Shown here piece by piece: positions 52,114 to 60,754 of a stretch of 60,754 bases of DNA. Numbering within the stretch: position 1 is the stretch's first letter; each line of letters begins with the position of its first letter. The stretch comes from Parasitella parasitica NRRL 2501 (Eukaryota > Fungi > Mucoromycota): contig MU619340.1 in NCBI GenBank assembly GCA_025201805.1, forward strand, positions 6,926 to 67,679. Direction: 5' to 3'. The notes beneath the pieces are model-generated. The model did no database searches and was not told the origin of the DNA. It was given only the letters and a program-made list of their open reading frames with translations. The translations under genes and the position numbers were made by a program.

Positions 52114-53370
52114 ATGACAGACTTCTATAGATCGGTAAATACATCTGTCAATCCATGTTGCTGAAAGACCCGATTAACAAGCTTTTTTTTACGCAGCGTA
52201 AAAAGCGTAATTTCGAAAATAAAGAGCTTTCAGGACCGGATTATGGCAAAGAACGACCAGCCAAGCGTTTCATGCCCACTCAAGATGTCAAACGAGCCAA
52301 AGACATTTTATCTTGCAAACCTAGAAAATATACCACCAGCATAGCCATTCCCAGCAGCATCATTGACAGCGCATCCACTATTGAAATGAAGACAATTTTG
52401 GCAGGTCAAATTGCTCGTGCTCTCGTTATTTTCTCTGTTGACGAAATCATCATCTACGAGGACAAGATTCAAAAAAGCGAAGCCAAGATCAACCCCAACT
52501 TATTCCTGGCCCGGGTCTTCCAATACATGGAAACGCCACAGTACTTGCGCAAACAGCTGGTGCCCATCAGTCCTGATTTGAAATTTGCTGGGCTTTTACC
52601 TCCTTTGGATGTCCCCCATCACCCCGGCATGGAAGAGTTTACGCTCTATCGTGAAGGCGTTACCTTGGATAAAAGCAACCAGGATTCGGATTCGACGCTT
52701 GTCGACATTGGTCTGTTTAGAAGAGCTCGCATTGATAAATCGGTAAAGCCTGGTGTGCGTGTTACAGTAGAACTGAGTCAGCCTATTTCAGCTGCGGACA
52801 CTCGCAAAGGACAAAAGCCCATCCCAGGCAAGGTGGTGAGTCCCAAGGTTCCTCGTGAAAAGACGGGTTTATATTGGGGCTACAACATTCGTCTAGCCTC
52901 TTCTTTTTCCCGTGTGATGACAGAATGCCCTTATGAGGATGGCTATGATTATTCTATCGGTGTAAGCGATCGTGATGCTCAAGACATGTATAGCTGTGAT
53001 TTAGAAAATAAGATCAAGCCCTTCGAGTAAGCTCTCCATTGCATTTTTTTTTTTATTTTTTTTTATTTTTTTTTTATTTTTTTTTTAAAAAAAAAAGACA
53101 AGTCTGTGGAACTAACGAGTCGAGGTAGGCACTTGCTAATTGCATTTGGTGGTCCAGTTGGTGGCCTCCAAGAAGCCATAGAGGCAGATCAGGATTTGCA
53201 AGTGGGAGGAGATGACGCCGCAGATTTATTCGACATGTTTATTGATCCCAATGCAAAGAGTGGCACTAGAACCGTCCGTTTAGAGGTATTTGTACGTTTT
53301 TCTTGCTGTTTCCTTGGTTGCTTATGCATCTCCTTTGCAGGAATCTATGGTGATGGTCATGTCGGTATTA
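52114..53370 (+). CDS. SPOUT RNA methyltransferase, C9orf114/SPOUT1 family (3' end lost in N gap)
   Basis: SIAIPSSII, GQIARALVIFSVDEIIIYED, YMETPQYLRK, GLLPPLDVPHH, YWGYNIR, GYDYSIGVSDR, HLLIAFGG, GTRTVRLEE. Confidence 0.9.
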
Positions 53371-53380
53371 NNNNNNNNNN

Positions 53381-53431
<51 letters not shown>

Positions 53432-53596
53432 ATAGCGTCCATCCAAATTTTTGATGCCTCACATAATAAACACAGCAGGAGTTTGACATTTTAGTGACTT
53501 ATTACCAGGGGCTATTTCCTTTGATGTTTTCTGTAGCATCGCCTTCTCCCTCTCTCACTCACTCACACACCTCGCCTTTCCATATTACTTTACGTC

Positions 53597-54505
53597 ATGT
53601 TGAGAGCAACTTCAAACAGTCTTACCAAGTCTAACGCTTGGAAAAACACTGCCGTCTACTCTTCTGTCAAGAATTACACCACACCCAATGCTACCCCTGT
53701 CCCTACCGAGGCCACAGAGAAGCCTAGTTTTTCTCAGCGTTTAGGCGGTACTGGCCGTGGTAAGATCATGGACAATTCATCTGACCCTTTTACCTCTTTC
53801 TTGGCCAATGCCAGAAAAACTCGCAGCAACAATAATCGTAATGGCAATTTCACTCCTCGCAACAACAGGAAATCTGAACATTCTGAAGGCCAGTTTGCGG
53901 ATGCTGCTGAACAACCCAAGCAACAACGCACTAGAAATGACAACAGCAGCAACAACGGCAAATATAGAAACAATAGACAAAACGGCAGTATCCAAAATGC
54001 GGATGGCGTCACTGGCATTACGGAAAACAGGAATAATAATAACAGACGCAATAACAACAACAACAACAGCAACAACAACCGCAACAACAACAGCAACAAC
54101 AACCGCAACAGCAACAGCAACAATACGCAAAACGGCGGTAGAAAGGTAGTCTTACGAAGATCACAACAATCTCAAGAGGTCAGAGCTCGCCGTGCCACTA
54201 CATTCATCGATAAGGATATTGATTGGACTTCATTTAATACAGCCACTCTTTCAGCAGAAGCATCGGAGGCTGCTGCCGCACCAACGGAGCAGGACAGTGA
54301 TGAATTGACTTTGAAGGATATCCAAGGCAATTACGATAGGTATCTGTCAACTGGCTCAGATCTGCAATGGCCTCAAATGATCCAAGGAGCTACTTTGAGC
54401 ACGTTGGTGGGAAGCAACCCTACTTTTGATCTCCAGCAAAAGACTGCATTCCTGGCTGCTTTATCTAATGCTGCTAACGGTATTCCCGCTAGTGCAAGAA
54501 GATAG
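53597..54505 (+). CDS. Uncharacterised Asn/Arg-rich protein with mitochondrial-presequence-like N-terminus
   Basis: Single 302-aa ORF; acid-free R/K/S/T-rich N-terminus; central (AAC)n Asn tract. Confidence 0.75.
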   Translation: MLRATSNSLTKSNAWKNTAVYSSVKNYTTPNATPVPTEATEKPSFSQRLGGTGRGKIMDNSSDPFTSFLANARKTRSNNNRNGNFTPRNNRKSEHSEGQFADAAEQPKQQRTRNDNSSNNGKYRNNRQNGSIQNADGVTGITENRNNNNRRNNNNNNSNNNRNNNSNNNRNSNSNNTQNGGRKVVLRRSQQSQEVRARRATTFIDKDIDWTSFNTATLSAEASEAAAAPTEQDSDELTLKDIQGNYDRYLSTGSDLQWPQMIQGATLSTLVGSNPTFDLQQKTAFLAALSNAANGIPASARR

Positions 54506-57328
54506 TCTAGTAATATATTTATATGCTTTGTATTTATATCTCTTTCTTTTTTTTTTTATATACATATAATATATGTTATATATACAGTATAAAAAACCAC
54601 CGTTTATACAATTTTATTTTGCAAATGCCGTATACAGCAGTATTTTGAATACTGCCATGATACTCTTATTGCGTTGTCCTGGTTGCTTGATTTGATAGAC
54701 TTTTGTATCTCCAGATTCGAGCATATTCTATACTACGGATATGAATAGAACAGACCACGGTGGCTTTTTTTCCAAGTGATGGTTACTTGTCAAAGTTGAT
54801 TTTAAAGTATAAATGTCAGCAATTGATAACCCTTGAGCGTCGTGTCCCATTCTGCGCACATTGCTTTAGGGGTTATTACGCCTATCGGGTTGCAAGCCAA
54901 CAAATGATTTTGGAGGCCAAATATAAGGGCTGATTGATTTGTAGGACGAGGATCGAAGCATGGAAAGTGCCATGCTTTGGTGCGAAAAATTGAGCAACAC
55001 CAGCCAAACCAGTAGCTAAAACCGACAGCCTTTCTCTGCTCACTGCTCACTGCTCTGTGTTTCTTGTGTTCAGTCTACGTATTTTAAAAACGTCTGCGGG
55101 ATATTGACTTGGCATTTTTTCATGATGTACGGGATCAGGTTTTATACCCTATTTTATCATGGCGTTTCAACACCTCCGTAATAGCTCTATGAAAAGGTTG
55201 CTTCTCGAGGGTTGGTGTGCGAAATCTTATACGTCCGAAATAAGCTGCTCGAATTAAGATTGAAAAAGCATATCCTGAAAAAGGGCTTATAAAATGATTT
55301 CTTCAAGTTAGCATTATGTATGCAGAGTAGGTTTAACGGATTGGACGCCATAACGTGTTCGTGTTGTTAGGACTGGACAAACACAAACCCTTATTCCTTG
55401 CTATGGCAATAAAGCAATATTCTTGTCTTTATGTACAGATTTTTTTTTTTTTTTTTTTCATCTTACCAGTTGACATAAAGTCAAATGATTTCCATATTTT
55501 CGCATTTGTCGTTGTGAATTTCAGGTGCTGGGAATGCGCGAGATTAAAAGCTTATCGTAAAGATATCGATAATACCATCGATCTGATTATTGACTATATT
55601 AAAATATTTATGATAGATAGAACGGGCCGTTCGTATTTAGAGCATCTGAAACCTGTTTTTTTTTATTATTACTATTAAAAAAAGAACTTTCCATATGGCC
55701 GCTTCTGTTTGCAAATGTAATCAATTTTATACAAGTCTACTATACATAAAGTCTCTCCAAAGTCTGAATAAGTATTTTTTTTTTTTGCATGTATTGATGG
55801 CTCTAATATGACATCTTGGCTCAGCAACAAAAAAAGAAAAGGGGATATGGCGGCAGTAAAAAGACACAAACGTGGTAGGACTAGACCCTGAAACGATAGA
55901 AAACAGGGTCCAAGGGGGTCTTTTTAAGCGGATAAACATTCGATGTGTCATTATTTCAATCGAGAGCGTTCGAATGGAAATGTTTTGAGCTACAAGCGAT
56001 AATCCAGTTTTTCCCTTGACTTCCCAGCAATATTTAGGCGCATAATCAGTGATTACATGTAATAAAGAAATGCACCGAGGGATCATTGCCTTAAAAGAAC
56101 AGCAATGGTTCCATTTTGTCTTGGTAATACATGTCCAGGAACTCTTAATAGGCAAGAAGAGGGTGATACATATAAAAGATGTACTCTTATGTTGCAAAAC
56201 GGTGAGGGTTTCAGATCTTGTCAGCCTTTTGTCCTGGCCTGTTCATATGGTTAAAATGGCAGGTTCGGTTTTTTCGAATGTGATGTAAAGTCTTATTGGT
56301 TGACCTCTGTGGGGGGGGGCAGGAGGAGGGATAGGATGAAAAAGTTGAGAGACACTGCAAATAAATGGCCATTGTAAATCTGGCTTTGAAGGCAACAGTG
56401 TCCGTGTGCTTTTTACGAAAATCCATGTGTCAAGCAAATGCTGACAAACATGATCAATGTCAACTTGGTGCCATACAAAGTAACTCATCCGAGCCGAAGT
56501 GTAGCATATGCAAGAGGCATTTCTGTTCTTGATCCGAAACGGTATTACACCTTGGATGTCATATTATATCCTCGACATTGTCAAGAGCATATTTTTTTTT
56601 ATTGTCGTTGTTGTTGTTGTGAGAATTACATTACACGATTCAATTCCCACGCAGTCGCTAATATCGAATACATTTCCAGAATGATAATATTATAAGCCTT
56701 CAGCGGATGATTCAAATGGCCGGGAGACAATCTAAATTAGGCAGGAGAACCGTGTAAAACCAATGAAAAAAAAGTTTTGCGAATGGACTCCGGCTATGGT
56801 TCATCATACTATTTATTTGAAAAGGTGCTGTATATGTGCGTGAAAAATCCAGAAAAAGATACAGCAAGAAATGAGCACAAATGCATTGCATGTGTACAAG
56901 CAATTGACTGAAAGCATAAAATGTATAAATTAAGGAAAATTGAGCATTTTAATCATCTTTAGTGTATGGGAAAAACTTACAGTTTCTGCTTCATTTCATG
57001 ACCCTTTTGAAGAACTATTAAATCCAGGGGGGGGTGGGGGTGGGGATGCATCAAGATGTCAATGATGGAATATAGCATTCTGAAGCTGATAAATGTATCA
57101 TTAAATGTTTTTTTTTGCAAACAAAAGATACTGCCTAGCTATATGCAGATAAATCAAATAGACATCTTCATCTCTCTCTTTCCTCCCCTCGCCCCCCCCC
57201 CCAATTTTCGCGGGATTTCTATGCATCAAGAGGAGATGTTGGAATTCAAAAAAGCTATATAAAGAGGTCATTCCTAATTTCCAAAGAAATCCATCTTTTT
57301 TCTTTTGAACATTTCTTTTACAAGCAAT

Positions 57329-58030
57329 ATGGCAACTGAAACAGCTGTAGCAAATAACAATAACAACATCCATCTCGATGATAACCGAAGCGATCTAGAG
57401 GCAAAATTCAGTGGTGCTCCTAACTACCCTGTCCCTATTTATGCTGCCCCCACCATTGCTAATCCTGGTCCTCTGGGCTTGAGCTCGTTTGCCTTGACTA
57501 CCTTTGTACTTTCTCTCCATAATGCTGGCGCTGGTTTGCCTGCTGATGGACCTAGCAATGTAGTGGTAGGTCTCGGTGTCTTTTACGGCGGTCTTGTACA
57601 ATTATTAGCAGGTATGTGGGAGTTCAGAACTGGCAACACATTTGGTGCAACCGCCTTCTCCAGCTATGGAGGATTTTGGCTTTCTTTCGCTGCTCTCTTT
57701 ATCCCTGGTTTCAATATTTTGGACTCATACACTGAAACTGCCGTGCTGGAGCAATCTTTGGGCATTTATCTTTTGTCTTGGGCTATTTTCACTGGCATCA
57801 TGCTGATTGCATCTCACCGATCAAGTGTTGGTCTTGTCAGCATGTTTTTCTGTTTGTTCATCACTTTTATTTTATTAGCAGCCGCCAAATTCAATAACAG
57901 CCTTACTACCCAAGTCGCTGGTGGTGCATTCGGCGTAATTACGGCTGTCATTGCGTGGTATAATGCTCTCTCGGGCCTCTTGACCAAGGATTCATCCTTC
58001 TTCCTTTTACCTACCGGCCGTCTGAACTAG
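57329..58030 (+). CDS. GPR1/FUN34/YaaH (ATO/Ady2/AcpA) acetate transporter
   Basis: Signature ANPGPLGL, YGGLVQLLAGMWEF, NTFGATAFSSYGGFW; ~6 TM segments; intronless; TATATAAA at 57256. Confidence 0.95.
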   Translation: MATETAVANNNNNIHLDDNRSDLEAKFSGAPNYPVPIYAAPTIANPGPLGLSSFALTTFVLSLHNAGAGLPADGPSNVVVGLGVFYGGLVQLLAGMWEFRTGNTFGATAFSSYGGFWLSFAALFIPGFNILDSYTETAVLEQSLGIYLLSWAIFTGIMLIASHRSSVGLVSMFFCLFITFILLAAAKFNNSLTTQVAGGAFGVITAVIAWYNALSGLLTKDSSFFLLPTGRLN

Positions 58031-59165
58031 AGAAAGTATTATTATTGGAGCTCACAAAAATCAAAAATTTGTAAGCATGTAATAATACGCCCTGTAACAC
58101 TATTACTATTCATACATGTATATTTATATCCACTTTTTCCCTCTTTGTCTTGATAACACACTTTTATTTTACTACAAATTAATAAACTGTTTTATTTACT
58201 AATACCAATAAGCAAAACGTTTCTATTTACTCCATACTGTTCAGCCCGCGGATGCCACTTGTTGAGTTTGCTGAATTTGCTAACAGCTGAATAAAAAAAG
58301 TGGTTGTGTACAACTGTCAAATTGTGTGGGGGATCTTAGGTTTCACAGATTCGTGTATCGTAAAAATCATGGAATGGGGAATCATTTCTCCAGCTTTGTA
58401 TGACCAAATACAAGAAACGGGAAAGATAAAGCCAGAGATTGGGTTTCGTGGGAAATACGACTTTTCTGAATAACAAACAATATTTGTATACAACATCTAA
58501 AACGGATAAATTGTTTAAAGATGGGATTTTGTGTACTGAAGAAAGCAGAAACAAGGTCGATGTGCATAATTGACAGGTGTCGATCCAAATCCTTGTCGTG
58601 TAAATATTTGTGGCGGAAGCTATACCTTATTAAAGCTAAAAGAAAAAAAAAAAAAAGTTCTAATGGATCAAAGCGCACAGCACGACTACCCGGATTAAAT
58701 TAGCCTTTGAGAAACCTCAAGAAAAGTTGACTTGAACTTTTTAACCCAAATAACTCCATATTATAAAACGCCTATTTTCCAGGTCCCAATTGCGTAACAT
58801 TGTATGGTAAAATAGAATGTTTAACCGCGCTTACATGGTGTGGGAATCACTATCAGTATTTTGAGCTTATCATGGCTATTATTTGATATTATAACCCGAG
58901 AATAACTCTCCCTCTCTATTGAAACTATGATTCTACAGAATGGGGTTGGCTTCGAAACAATAGAAAATTAGATATTATAATATGTGTGTGATCATCTTTC
59001 ACTGTATTGAGCTTGCAGCAAACATAACCAATTACAATAACAGTATGCGCGGCGTTCTACCCCACAAACTTCACATCGAATCATATTTAGACAAAGTGTT
59101 TAATCCAACTAAAACTTGTTGAAACCAGTTTTTTTTTATTATTATTGTTATACGTTCGGAAAATC

Positions 59166-60754
59166 TTAACCCTCTTCGTCAGCAAAGCAAGATTCAGTAA
59201 TAAATTCAATAAAATCATCCTCTAAAACGTCATTATCATCAGCCAAGTTGCTAAACAAGGCACCATTGCCACCTCGCTTAATCCAAGCATTAATAATCTT
59301 GATTGCATCTTCCTTTTTATCAACGACATCTGTCCATCCTTCCAGAGCCCATTCTTCATAGGCCCATTCTGTCATTGCCCACCCCAGATAGCCACTAGTT
59401 AGCACATCTCTGTCTACTTGCACTGCGTTTTTATAGTAGACTTTTGCATTGTCTAACAATTGTCGTCGGTTGCGCTTAGCTACAGGTAAATCCAAGGCAG
59501 CGCGAGTTAAACTCAGATCTCCCATCTTGTTTAAAATTTGTGTATTCTTGGGCTCCAACGTAACAGCTTCCTGGAAAGACTTCATGGCATTTGCGTACAG
59601 CTTCCACACTTCTTTACCATTCCTTTCAGGATCCAACGGCGCCTTCTTTTTGTCGGCTACCTCTCGGACGGCTTGACCAAAAGACGATAAAACATCGCCT
59701 CGATCACAAAGAGCTTCTACGTTCTTGCTGTCGTATTTCGTTACAATGTCATCAAGTTGCTCGACCGCCTTTTCAAACAGTATGTTGTCCACAGTGCCTG
59801 TTGCCAAGAAAGAGCGATCTGCCATGGCTGCATACATGGCGGATAGCTTGGAGTTGATCTGAATGCGAGCTGCTTTCCTTTGCTTTTCTGCGTCTGCACG
59901 GTCCTCTGAAGATTCACTGGACATTTGAGAGTACCATTTCTCGGCTAATGCCAACTTGGATTTCGCGCGACTGAACAAGTCCATGGATGCAGGATATGAC
60001 GCCAGCATGGATGCCATTGTTGTCATCGTTTCTGCTGTCGACAGCAAAGTTTCAATGAGGGAATAGGCTGTTGTGGGCTCCACTTTGGTGACAGTAGTGA
60101 ATTCTTGGGACGACGACGGTGATGATGCTGGAGGCTCTTGTTCACTGTGCGGATGGTCATGATTTCTGAGCTCCTCAGGCTCCTCAGGCTCCTCAGGCTT
60201 CTCTGGCTCGGTTGGTGTTGCGGTTTCTGAGGAGGCATCGTCGGTCGCAGAAAGATTCAGCTCTGCATATTCTTTTTCTTGCAAATCGTACACACTATCA
60301 AACAAGCCTATTGCTTCTTGCAATGCCACAGCAGAGGCAGCATAAGCATTCTCGATCTCTGTCGTTTCCTGCAATATTTCTGATCTTTGATGCAGAGCTT
60401 GAGCCAAATTAAACTGGGCATCTGTCTTGTTGGCTTCCAGGCCTAACGCAACCCTAAACTTTTCGATGGATTGGTCCACTTTTTCTAGCTTCTCCTCGGG
60501 CGTTTTATGAGATGGCAGGAAATCCACCAACAAGAACAAAACTCTGCCCCTGTCAATGGACGATTAGATCGTACTTCATGCAAACATGCTAGGCTATTTT
60601 ATACCAATTGTAGACACAATCTGCATCTTTGGGATTTGCAGTAAAGGCTTTGCCGTACATTACAGCTGCTCTTTCGTAGTTCCGCTGAGCCTTTTCTCCA
60701 GTCTGGTAACGTTCACCTTGCTCCTCGTTATGAATGGCCTCTACAAACAGAAAA
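59166..60754 (-). CDS. TPR-like helical repeat protein, 5' end outside window
   Basis: 457-aa terminal exon plus an upstream exon (EEQGERYQTGEKAQRNYERA...DCVYNW|GRVLFLL); TPR-like motifs DAQFNLAQAL, EALCDRGD, ILNKMGDL. Confidence 0.78.

Noticed and set aside
53371-53435. Poly-lysine C-terminus of the SPOUT methyltransferase
   Set aside because: Artefact of the N gap and adjacent poly-A.
53734-54149. Poly-Leu, poly-Val and poly-Thr ORFs
   Set aside because: Other frames of the (AAC)n tract in the 53597-54505 gene.
54600-57000. Short ORFs upstream of the acetate transporter
   Set aside because: No motifs or consistent exon structure; treated as intergenic.

Overview
AT-rich, intron-containing eukaryotic DNA. 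The gene set, short introns and CotH gene point to a Mucorales fungus. Host genes: Nup192/Nup205 (6.7-12.5 kb), NECAP, a CotH2/3-like spore-coat kinase/invasin, SGF29, a Gcn4-type bZIP, a low-complexity orphan, GUP1 MBOAT, an EngB/YihA GTPase, a GT-A-like membrane protein, Sec14/CRAL-TRIO, a C2H2+DUF3020 protein, vezatin, a SPOUT1 methyltransferase, an Asn-rich probably mitochondrial orphan, an ATO/Ady2 acetate transporter and a TPR-like protein cut by the right edge. The gaps between them hold transposon debris. At 0.8-5.8 kb three solo LTRs with 5-bp TSDs form a nested pile, one splitting a Helitron-like ORF start. A decayed Fanzor (eukaryotic TnpB) gene lies at ~14.6-15.4 kb. The most notable signal is two unrelated TA|CAGTG-ended Tc1/mariner-type elements (~23.9-27.5 kb and 40458-43771), each enclosing a PD-(D/E)xK restriction-endonuclease-fold gene; the first also keeps its DDE transposase remnant. 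All gene models and family calls come from manual translation and motif recognition; no database search was run.
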